Assembly: GCF_964204865.1 (NCBI RefSeq)
Contig: NC_135260.1
Coordinates: forward strand, 15,834,478 to 15,898,477
Length of the DNA stretch: 64,000 bases
Direction of reading: 5' to 3'
Origin: Styela clava
Lineage: Eukaryota
Part shown: positions 22,972 through 33,500 of the stretch, in pieces
Position numbering within the stretch: position 1 is the first letter of the stretch
Layout of the letters: every line of letters starts with the position of its first letter
Made by a program: the position numbers and the translations under genes
The notes under the pieces: model-generated
What the model saw: the letters and a program-made list of their open reading frames with translations, nothing else
What the model was told of the DNA's origin: nothing
The model's database searches: none

Positions 22972-25900
22972 TAGGGCTGGGAATTTCAAGGAAAACACTT
23001 CAACCGTTAACCGGGTAAAATTAACCGGTTTACCGCCGCGTAACGTTCGACCATGGTTATTCAGTTAACCATGGTTTGACGTAATAATTATAATTTCAGC
23101 TTGTTACGTCACAAAGGTTAGAAGCAATTTCGCGTGTTCTTATCCCGGTATCGCTCAAAATTGTTCACGAATCGAGATAGTTTCATGATTCCTCTGCTGC
23201 AAAAGATAGGCAGCGGAGTTCGGGCATGTGGAAATATTTTAGAAAACCTAATTCCGTTGTTAAACGTCATTTATGTGACAAATTTTTAGTGTTCGATGTG
23301 CAAATTCTACTTCGAGAAAAATATCATAAAGAAAAACGGCATCAACTGCACACTTGTTGTATGACATTGAATATCCGATTTTGAACTGAAATCGTGAACA
23401 ATATATTTCGAAATCGACCGAAAACTGATTCTGAATTTATCATTGTAAATTTTTATTATCAGCAACCTTGGTACTTCCATTATTTTTCACATTCATTGAT
23501 TCCTTACCCACACAGTTAGTAATATTTTTTTGAATTAAACGCCGCAAGAGATAAATTTGCGATGACGTAATCATATTTGACGATATTGTACGGTATGAAG
23601 ATGATTTGTACCTGCGATGTAAGTTAACGGTTAAAATAAATCATAACCGTCAGTGGCGGCGCGTGGTCATTTTGACAACCGGGGCAAGCTACTGCGGGAC
23701 CAAGTCACTCCCATCTACGGGGACAGGATGAGCGCTGTAAGTTCTCCCATCATTTTATGAGTATAAAAACCATTCCATCGGTAACAACCAATCGGCAAAA
23801 GCGACAATTTTTAACGATAAGAAAGTGTCTTTAAAACCGGTCCAAGTCAAGGGATTAATAAATATAGACATAGTTTATTTTGAAACCTCTTTCAAAGGGA
23901 AAGGCAATATTTACCCAGATGAATACAATGACATATTAACAGAAACTTCGGGAAAGCAGACAAAACCTAAAATAAGGTTTAAACGTTACTATGAAGAAAG
24001 GAAAGTTAATGCAAAGATAAGGACATGCGTCGCTCACTCATAGATATATATGCTGCTAGACTTCTACTGCTTGAACATATATGCAACACGCCGCGGTTTC
24101 TTGGAAGCAAAATGCTCAATAACGCGCTGATTAAAGTCATGCCTCCCAGAAATAACGTCTCTGTGAATGGATAAAACAGCCAAGGAATTTAATCTATCTT
24201 GCTTCATTGTGTTTCTGAGATACGTTTTAATACGCTTCAGCGTGCTGAATGTTCGCTCTGCGTCGGCGGAAGAAATAGGCGTCGTCAAAATGATGTCCAG
24301 AAATTTTGCAGACGCCGCAAAGGTAGTTACTAGAGTGTTATCTATGAGGAACCCATAGAGCGCGCAAGTTGATGTGATGTTCAAAAAAGTTTGATTGGTG
24401 TATATACATCGCAATTCATTTTCCAATTTACCCACGTTTATCATGGGGTAAAATTTGGAGACAGTAGCCAACAAATGGATGGGAAATTGACGTGCAAATT
24501 TTGAAAAATTTTTGGGGTTCATCAAAGAGAACGCGGCAAGGTGTTCAGTGCGCAGACGATCGCCTATTTGATTCACCAGAATGTCACAGCATTCCTTTGC
24601 AGACAAAATCAAACGCTGCGTTGTTTGCCCGCGGCGTAAAGAAGCACTCCATGTGTCGTCGTATTTTATTGTTTCCCGGATACGAGATACAGCATCGCAG
24701 AAGTCTGAAATACACGACTGCACAGACGCGCCACCCATTAGCCTTGACTGCAATGCGCCGTATAATACATCCACGTGATAGAATATTGTGGAGAAAAAAT
24801 GAAAACTCACCATCTTCTAGCAGACGCTTTAGACCTGCCGCCTCCCTCACAGAGCGTTCGTCCCAAACCGGAGAGCTCTGAATGCCATTGAAACACTCAA
24901 TGAGCTCAGACTTAATTTTGGACACGCCCTGCACCACGCCTGATTGGAAGTTCCAACGTGTTGGTGCACAAGTTGGGAGACGGCGGCTACATATCTGGCG
25001 AAGGAAGTCAGAGCGCTTCGGCGAAACGGAAAAAAATGAAGAAAACCCCGAAACATTTGCAAAAAATATACGGATGAGAGGGGTATCAAGACACATATTT
25101 TTTAATAACGAGGTTAAATTGGTGTGCATAACAATGTAAAAAATGCGCATGAGGAAAATCTTCTTTTATATAAACTTGAACACCATGTTTCGACCCACTC
25201 ATGACTGCCGCGCCGTCATAAGTTTGAGCTATCAATTTTGACTTCGCGTTGTAAGGCTGTAACACTTCTTTCAGTACAGCCGATATCCCGCAAGCCGTGC
25301 GATCAACGATTGGTACATAGCTGTGAAATCTCTCGGTAGGTTTACCATCTTTCACAAACCGAAAAATCACAGCCAGTTGGGAAACGCACGTGATGTCAGT
25401 TGTCTCGTCAGACTGAATCGAAAGGAACTGGCAATTCTCAATTTCCAGAGCCAAATGTTGTAAATAAATTTTATACATTGAGTCGAGCAAATCATTTTGG
25501 ATATCCTTAGATGTCCCTTTCGAAACAGTTGCGGCATCAAGATGATCTCCCAATACTGTATCTAGGGATGCGGTGTATTCCACCATATCCAAAAATACCC
25601 CTCTATTAGAAGAGCCAGCCCGTTCATCGTGCCCACGGAGGGACAGCTCGTGACAACCAATGAACTTCAAAACATCTATCAATCGACCGAGAACATGGCG
25701 GTTTTTCTCGACGTTTTGGTTGTGCCGACGAATAGAAACCGCGCTGCAATATTAACATTTCCGAATGTTCGGTATTTTACTGCATTGTCCAGATGCTCCA
25801 TAGAAGATTGATGATCCTTGGCACGCTCGGAAAGATGTTTAAGATCTCTAAAACCAAATTTACACCAACGTGAGTCACGGGCGGTAGCAAAAAGTAGGCA

Positions 25901-26717
25901 ATAAAAACAAAAAAGTGCATTTTGTCCTCGCTGTAACACAACCATTCGTGTTTTTTATACCAAGTTTCTGCGCAGAATGTACGCCGACGCTTTTCTCCGT
26001 CATGGGATTGTTCCAGTGAACAATTTTTTGGTTGATAAGGCCCAAGACGTTGTACCTCTAATTTTTGTTCCAGCGGCAACTGCGAAAACGGAGTGCGAAG
26101 TAGTGCATCAACCTTATTCATTATGAGGTCTAAGGCTAAGAAATGCGAAGCCGGAAAGAAGTGAGGAGCTCAAAAGGAATGTGGAAAATCGAAAGCAAAT
26201 GGACTAAAGGGGTCTAACTGATTCAAATAGTGAAACGAGCGACAAAAACGAAGGCGAGGAAACTATCAACTCTTCAAGCAACCAACGAACGAGAAGGAAT
26301 GCGTGAATATGTCAACACGTTGTTGTAAGAAACGTCGGCATTGTGTCGTCATAATTTCGGGGCTAGCCCCGACAGCCCGATCGACCCGGATGATTTAGTA
26401 AAAGAAACAGAAAATAAACGAGATAAACGCGGCGAGTGGAAGATAAAAGAGAGAATACGATATACAATGAGCAACCGGGGCAAAATCGGCGTCGCCCCGT
26501 CGACGTTCGGCGAAGGCTTTGCGAGCGAAAAATGAACCATGTCGGGGGAATATGGCTAGTGTAGACAGTCTGTGCAACCGATATTGAGGTATTTTTCGAA
26601 TATTTTTTATTATACCGAAAATAACCGGGGCATTGCCCCGGCCCCCGGTTGGCCCTATTGACGCGCTGCCACTGATAACCGTTAACCATCTGAAATCGGT
26701 AAACCATTCCCAGCCCT
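22972..26717 (-). mobile_element. hAT-superfamily DNA transposon carrying a degraded ZMYM1/Tip100-like transposase gene
   Basis: Terminal inverted repeats TAGGGCTGGGAAT at 22972-22984 and reverse-complemented at 26705-26717. Subterminal repeated motifs (ccgttaacc, ggtaaacc) and an internal inverted copy of the right subterminal region at 23625-23700. Flanking 8-mers gtcatcat and gtcagcca match at 5 of 8 positions, so the TSD is degraded. The transposase reading frames on the minus strand span 24064-26121. Confidence 0.8.
24064..26121 (-). pseudogene. hAT transposase (TTF/ZMYM1-type zinc finger + DUF4371 RNase-H-like domain + hAT C-terminal dimerization domain) interrupted by four frameshifts
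   Basis: Five overlapping minus-strand ORF pieces in frames 0/1/2/1/0: 25777-26121 (RRRTFCAETWYKKHEWLCYSEDKMHFF, zf-TTF), 25679-25945 (ALFCFYCLLF..GFRDLKHLSERAKDHQSSMEH), 25086-25682 (IGCHELSLRGHDE..DMVEYTASLD..SKDIQNDLL, DUF4371), 24584-25150 (..APTRWNFQSGVV..), 24064-24813 (..TPISSADAERTFSTLKRIKTYLRNTMKQDRLNSLAVLSIH, the Dimer_Tnp_hAT motif). The overlaps show frameshifts rather than introns. Confidence 0.75.
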
Positions 26718-26901
26718 AGTCAGCCAAAAACACAACATAGCGCCGTTATGGATCATATTTTCATTGCAAAAATTTTAACGTTGCTTATGGGATAGTTTTG
26801 GAGAGTTGGCGCTTACAAATTGGCTCACATGTTTAAAACTCATTTTTATTCAAAACAATAAACCACGTGGCGCTGATAGCTAATATTAAGGTAGTCTATC
26901 G

Positions 26902-27217
26902 CAGGGCTACTCAACTATTTTTATCGAAGGTCCGCAAACAAAACTTCAAAATTATTTGGGTCCGGTCTTTCCAGAACTGATATTTCGGCATCCTTAAACG
27001 AGCACTTCCTCGACCGACTAATGATTAGTAGCAAATTAAAATTGTTTATTACGGTGTTATAGTTCTTTTCGTATATATTCAAAACTATGAAAGTCATTTT
27101 ATAATAGAAAATTCAAAAAGTGGGGCTAATGATTCAAAATAAATAATTAGGTGCGGTCCAAATACAATACTCGAAAGGTCCGGATTCGGACCGCGGTCCG
27201 CCAGTTGAGTAGCCCTG
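26902..27217. mobile_element. hAT-type MITE (316 bp) with a perfect 8-bp TSD
   Basis: TIR CAGGGCTACTCAACT at 26902-26916 and reverse-complemented at 27203-27217. Flanking direct repeat GTCTATCG at 26894-26901 and 27218-27225. The interior has palindromic ggtccgc/gcggacc motifs. Confidence 0.75.
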
Positions 27218-27581
27218 GTCTATCGCATCGTTTGCGATATCAATTTTGGATTATTGTTGTAACTAAACTAAAGGTCCTCAGAATACATAATTGCAGTTAA
27301 GGTATTTGATTTAAAACTATGTTTTGGAAACACAACTAAAAACTGACGAATAAGACGCAAACCTACTAAAACGAGGCAATGTTTACAATCATGCTTGAAT
27401 ATCTGTCTGAGCGGAAAAGTGTCTCTGAGCGGCGGCTTATATTCCAATTACACGTCATTGTTAGCTTTTTGCTCATTTGTAATTGTAGGTAAATAAAAAG
27501 GACGTAAACAGGATCGGTCTCATCGGAAGAATTGACAAAAGGAATAGGTATAAAGGATGAAACATTGTCTATATGAAAGAA

Positions 27582-27800
27582 AATAGACATGGCGAGTTAG
27601 CCCTCTCTCGAACTCGCGATGTCGATCAACAAATATAAAAAAAATAGACATGGCAAGTTAGCCCTCTCGAACTCGTGATGTCGTTCAACAAATATAAACA
27701 AATAGTCATGGCGAGTTAGCCCTCTCTCTCTCTCTCGAACTCGCGATGTCGATCAACAAATAAAAAGAAAATAGACATGGCGAGCTAGCTCTCTCGGAAG
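27582..27800. repeat. Minisatellite, about 4 copies of a roughly 60-bp unit, about 500 bp upstream of the SLC37 gene
   Basis: Repeating aaatagacatggcgagttagccctctc(tc)ncgaactcgcgatgtcgatcaacaaataaa. An inverted partial unit (gctaactcgccatgg) follows at about 27885-27905. Confidence 0.7.
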
Positions 27801-28304
27801 AAAGCTCGCATCTAGGGTTAGTTCGGATACCACGATATGACAATGGCCCATGGCAGTAGGCTATATGGGGGTTCTTGGGGGGTGGAGGCTAACTCGCCAT
27901 GGACCACTCGCCATGCGACGGCGGTTAACGGGTATGCCTGCAACTGCACGAAGGCTCTTCCTGTAATGGGAGATGGAAAGGTGGCTGTTTCCACTTACAA
28001 CTTATAAACTAATCTATCACAAAAATTTGAGAAAGTGAGCATAAATCTGAAGCGTTAGAAGTCTTCAGTTTACTTTTTTCATGTGTCCTACAGAACATTC
28101 ATATCATTCTTCTTGGTTTATTCTTTTTTTTTTCAGTACTTTTTTATCCCTATTATTCTCACAGTCATAACTGGATCATAAAATTGTTTAGTTTACAGCA
28201 TTTGACTAATTACAGATTATAAATGTTAATAATGTATATATATTATAGAATTACCATGAAACAAAAATTCTGCTGACATTGACTGATTTAATAAATGTAT
28301 CAAA

Positions 28305-29876
28305 ATGTGGTCACATCATCAAATTGTGGCATTTGTTCTAACATATTGTGTGTATACAATATTTCATGCATCAAGAAAGGCTTACAGTGATTCTAAAGAT
28401 TCATTTTCAAAAGAATGGACTCCACTATCATGTAATTTATCATGGCCTTGCCCAAGGCCTGAAGAAATATGGGAGGACAGACAATTGTTCTCAAGCTATG
28501 CATCAGCAGAACCCTTTCTTGGGCTCTTGGATTCTTTATTTTTAGTCTCCTATGCTATTGGAATGTATTTTACAAGCTTTCTTGCTGACAGAGTGGAACT
28601 GCGAAAAGCATTGGCCATAGCAATGTTTTTATCTGGCATACTTTTATTTTGTTTTGGAGTTTTAACTCAAATGTTACACTTTTACAATAAAGGATTTTAC
28701 ATATCCATGTGGATTTTACAGGGAATTATACAATCAGTTGGTTGGCCAACTTGTGTCGCAGTTGTTGGCAATTGGTTTGGTAAATCTGGGAGAGGCCTTG
28801 TGTTTGGAATTTGGGCATCATGTGCATCGGTTGGTAATGTTATTGGAAATGTCATCACATCTTCAGTTATTAATTATGGTTATGAATATGCATTTCTTAC
28901 CATATCTGTTATGATGTTGGGTGGAGGACTGGTCGTGGTGTTCGGCCTTGTGAATACACCACTTGAAGTAGGTCTTCCTCCACCGGTTGAGACAGAATCT
29001 TTGGATAGAAGAACTCTAGATGATGAAGATTCCCAACCTCTTGAAGATGATTTCAATTCTGAAGACGACATGAATGTACCTACTAATGCAATTTTGGAGA
29101 CTGTAGATAAAGACAATGCACTTACAAATACCACATTGGAAAATGAAAACACTGAAATTGCAATGTTGTCTAATAGTCATCAAAAGGAATCTCAACCATT
29201 GTCTTTTCTAAATGCTCTATTCTTACCTGGAGTTATACCTTATTCTCTCAGCTTCGCGTGCTTGAAATTAGTCAACTATGCATTTCTTTTCTGGCTACCG
29301 TATTATTTAACCAATCATTTCCAGTGGGATGATTCACTTGCATCTAGTGTCTCCACATGGTATGATGTTGGAGGAATAGCTGGTGGAATTATTGCAGGTG
29401 TACTGTCAGATGTTTTCAAAACTCGAAGCTTAGTTTTATTTTTCATGCTTCTTGGTTCGCCTTTTGCATTGTGGGGATATAAATCATCGCCAAACGATGT
29501 TGTCATTAACAGTATATTGATGTCCATCGTTGGATTCTTAATCAATGGTGTATCAAATATTTTATCTTCTGCAATTGCTGTAGATATCGCAAAACGGGAA
29601 GCTGTTGGTGAACACTCTCTAGCAACTGTAACAGGGATTATAGATGGAACTGGAAGCCTTGGTGCAGCAATTGGTCAATACCTTGTAGCAGTTATACAAT
29701 CAAATTATGGTTGGAATTGGGTTTTCAATTTGTTTATTATTTCCAATGTAACAAGCTTGATATGCCTTTTTCCAATTTTTTATAATGATTTTGTGAAGCA
29801 TTCTGCTTGTGCCAATCGTTTATTTGAAAGGTTACTCTCATTTCGTTCAAGCTATCGAAGAATTGATGAAAACTAG
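28305..29876 (+). CDS. SLC37-family sugar-phosphate exchanger (MFS, glycerol-3-phosphate-transporter-like), single exon, 523 aa
   Basis: An uninterrupted 523-codon ORF aligns end to end with human SLC37A1/A2: LDSLFLVSYAIGMYFTSFLADR against DNAFLIAYAIGMFISGVFGER; GWPTCVAVVGNWFGKSGRGLVFGIWASCASVGNVIGN against GWPSVVTCVGNWFGKGKRGFIMGIWNSHTSVGNILGS; TVTGIIDGTGSLGAAIGQYLVA against TVTAIIDGTGSIGAALGPLLAG. About 12 hydrophobic TM segments. AATAAA lies 115 bp downstream. Confidence 0.9.
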   Translation: MWSHHQIVAFVLTYCVYTIFHASRKAYSDSKDSFSKEWTPLSCNLSWPCPRPEEIWEDRQLFSSYASAEPFLGLLDSLFLVSYAIGMYFTSFLADRVELRKALAIAMFLSGILLFCFGVLTQMLHFYNKGFYISMWILQGIIQSVGWPTCVAVVGNWFGKSGRGLVFGIWASCASVGNVIGNVITSSVINYGYEYAFLTISVMMLGGGLVVVFGLVNTPLEVGLPPPVETESLDRRTLDDEDSQPLEDDFNSEDDMNVPTNAILETVDKDNALTNTTLENENTEIAMLSNSHQKESQPLSFLNALFLPGVIPYSLSFACLKLVNYAFLFWLPYYLTNHFQWDDSLASSVSTWYDVGGIAGGIIAGVLSDVFKTRSLVLFFMLLGSPFALWGYKSSPNDVVINSILMSIVGFLINGVSNILSSAIAVDIAKREAVGEHSLATVTGIIDGTGSLGAAIGQYLVAVIQSNYGWNWVFNLFIISNVTSLICLFPIFYNDFVKHSACANRLFERLLSFRSSYRRIDEN

Positions 29877-29990
29877 TGTAGCTTGTATTGCTTTTGTATG
29901 TTATGTATTAAAAAGATCTTGGTTTTGTGTATAATATATACTGTATGTTTATGTAGTGATATTTGTGACTTATAATACTAATAATGTGTC

Positions 29991-29996
29991 AATAAA
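29991..29996 (+). terminator. Candidate polyadenylation signal AATAAA for the SLC37-family gene
   Basis: caataaaaatg about 115 nt after the stop codon at 29874-29876; motif only. Confidence 0.35.
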
Positions 29997-30500
29997 AATG
30001 TGATTTGATAACCTATAGCCTCTGCGCTCTACCGCATGTATAAGGATCTTGCCATATTTTGGATGTTTTTTTTCTGTATTGTGTTGTTACTGTGTATAAT
30101 GTATGCCTTTTCATGTTGGGGATTATGAGTTGAATATTATGGATTTAATTGCCAAATTAATAAATTGGTCATTTCTATATAGCAAGACTTTGTATCACGC
30201 TTTGATTAATGTTATGTATAAAATAGAGACTACTATATTTACTATTCACGGTATATAATAACCCTTTCCCAGAGTCGAATAATTTGTTTGTTTTCTTCAT
30301 TCGTTCAACTCTATTGTGAAACTGATGTTATGATTCCTATTTTGACTGATAGTATTTTTATTTTTCCTCATATTATTAAAGTGCAATTTTTATTTCTTGA
30401 ATTCATATTGGTACTCAACATTCATTTCAGTTCTTCAATATTTAAATATTGTATATATAATACTACGATTAATGATTTGTTATCATTGAACCGCTGTAAT

Positions 30501-33500
30501 ATGGCAACAGCAAAGTTGTCCTCTTTTCTAATATATAACCCTACTTATGGACCGAAAGAAGGCCAGGTTAGTATTACATGACATGTTTATTATGGTATTT
30601 ACAGTAATTAATATTTTTAAATATTGTAGTCTAGATTGGGTGTGTGCAACCTGTGGCCCGCAGGTCAAATGCGGCCCGCAAAGAAAAATTGTGTGGCCTG
30701 TGAAACGAGTTTTTCATTTAGTTTAATCTGTTTTTTGTGCCTTCAACTATTAGATAGCCTATGTTAAATAAAGGTGCAGTGTGCGGTTTCACCCAGTCAT
30801 TTGCATCTGGCCGGCCCTCCTGTATTAAAGGTCGCCCACCCCTGTTGTAGATGATTGCCACTCATGCACACCTTAATCCAAATCTGCTTTTCCGGGATTT
30901 GAAAGTTTAGGCATTTGATCATTCAGTAATAGTAAATCTCATCAGGCTATATGTGTATGTACAGGTTTAGTGAATAATTCTGTACCTGGCGGGAGATAGT
31001 AGCACTGTTGAATAAGACAAGCCTAGGCAATGAGCATATTATATCTTGGCAAATGTTCATATTTACCATCCAACTGAGTGATATCCTAGTCATGTGATTT
31101 TATTTGCACAACCAGGCAAACAAAACCAGAATCCATCCTCAGTCTGTTTGTTTATTATCATATTGTATAATGCTTGTGGCAGTGCCCTTTAAAACCGATT
31201 GAACATTAGATTTTGCTCAATGGTAAATATCACTGTGAAAATATTTTCCAATGTACCTGTAAGTGCAAACACCTCATGGACAAATGTGCGAGATACAAAT
31301 ATATATATAGCCTACAGTATATCTAGGTTACAAATTTATCATAAGTGAATTAAACTAAGTAGACTAATAATTGCTTCAAACACTAAACGTTGTTCTCATT
31401 TTAGGAACATTTGAAAGTTTTGTTCTACTATCCCGAATCAGAACATCCCGATGTAAAAATAAATAAAGTTGGATTATGTGAAGCGCTGATTCAATTTGCT
31501 AAAACTTATTCATCAAGCAAACCATGCGAAACTCTTCATACTCAAAAACACAAGCAAGTATTTTATGAAGCGGAGGAGAATTTTTGGTTTGTCATGGTAA
31601 TAATCTTATTTACATTGTTTCAACTATAAATATATATATTTATAAGTTGTTTTATTTGACACGAAATGCTTCTATGGGAGATGGGATCCAAGGCGGCAAT
31701 ATGCCACTTAAAATTTTGCTGTTTTATTTTAATTATTTGGAACACATTTTTTAATGCCATGGGAATGTTTCTGTCTCACTCCTCTGAAATGAATTGAACT
31801 ACAATCAATTATTACATTTCATTTCAGCAAACTTGGTTCTTAGTTATCGACACCAATGCATGACCTTCATGTTCATATATTTTAGAATTGTTCTTTTGTT
31901 TATACTTTACATGTAGGCGCTCCAGAAGTGTGTGTACCAATATGAAGGTAACTAATTTTGTTCGCCTATTTTATATCAAGTTGTGTAAAGGGACTGAAAC
32001 CTATGGGCAGGTGGTATATTCACTTGGCTCACACAGACAGTCCCTGAACTTGTAATAGAACTAAAATAAGGGAAATTAGAATAAAATTATGGCCTAACCT
32101 TAGTCGGGCTGGTACAGCTGGTACACCTAGCCTACTACAGAAGTACCAACATATATTCCACAAATCTATATATTATCTTTTTCATGTAGGCCTACTAAGA
32201 ACTTAACTGTCTATTTAAAGCCAATGTGAATCACTTACTACAAACATTTTTAACTGGATAAACAGAGTAAAATATTTGGTTTAGTTGTCTGAAATGAAAA
32301 ACATTATTTTATGATTCATAATAGTATTTCCCAAAACTAAATAACATGGAGGCACCCCATGTAATAAGCTTAACTTCCAAGCACATTATTGCTTTTTTGA
32401 AAATGTTAAGAAGGATTGGAAATTTGTTTGTTCATGTCATTATATATTCAAGCAGGGCCATTTAAATGAGATTTTTCAAGTTGCCATTGAATCTTAGGGA
32501 GAAGGTGGCCATTTTACAAGACCCAAAATGTGAACTGGTAAAGTAAGTGGAAGGCTTTGTTACTGAATTTGTGCTTTTCTATGGTAAAATTCATATTTAT
32601 TTTTCGGTACTCCCGTAGTGTGTGTACCAGGTTAGGGTTAGGTCATAATTTTAAACTGATTTTGCTCATTTTAGTTCTATTACAAGTTCGGGGACTGTCT
32701 GTGTTAGCCAAGTGAATATACCCCCTAGTCCATAGATTTCAGATCCATAATACAAGTTGATGTAAAGTAGGCGAACAAAATTACTTATCTCCATATTGGT
32801 ACACACACTTCTGGAGCGTCCATTTATCACTGCCCGTTTTACAATTAACACTTATTTTGTAGACAGTATCAAACCCATGGAAAGAAACAATGCGAGATGG
32901 AAAACCAGTTAGAGAATATTTTGAGGAAAATATTAGGAGTGTTGTTTTGAAATCTGTACTGGAGCAAGCTTATTTTATGTTCAAGGTACATTTCTTTGAT
33001 ACAGCAGTATATATGGTATAGCACAGTATAAGCATATCAAACAAATGAAAAACAAAAATTATGTAAAATATTTAATCAAGCATGATTCATGCTTCACTAT
33101 ATCACTTACTCTATATAATTTACATGAAGACACAAATAATTGATTCCAATGGTAACATTTTTAATCAGCAGGATATAATATGATGCAAAATATTAGGCAG
33201 TGTCTATTAGGGCCACAGGAGAGTACATTCTCTCATTGTAACTAGTTATCCTTGATTATCATCTTTTTAGGCTGAATATAAAGTTTTGTCTGTTCTATGT
33301 CTTTTGTTATTTTATTTGCCATTTGAAGAAGTATTTACTGTTATACTTTACTGGTGTTTTTCAGCTTTTTATGGGAACCATAGAAAATATTGTCGCCAAT
33401 GAGGACATTGAACATTTGAAAAAAAAACTTCAAGATTTTTATTTAAAGGTAAGTAAATAAGTGAGTATGGTTGTCTCGAGCATGTGTAAACATCATGTTT

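Noticed and set aside
24492-25139. Plus-strand ORFs (24492-24881, 24581-24778, 24882-25139, 24167-24358) inside the hAT element
   Set aside because: They overlap the antisense strand of the recognisable minus-strand transposase pieces and have no family resemblance; they are shadow ORFs.
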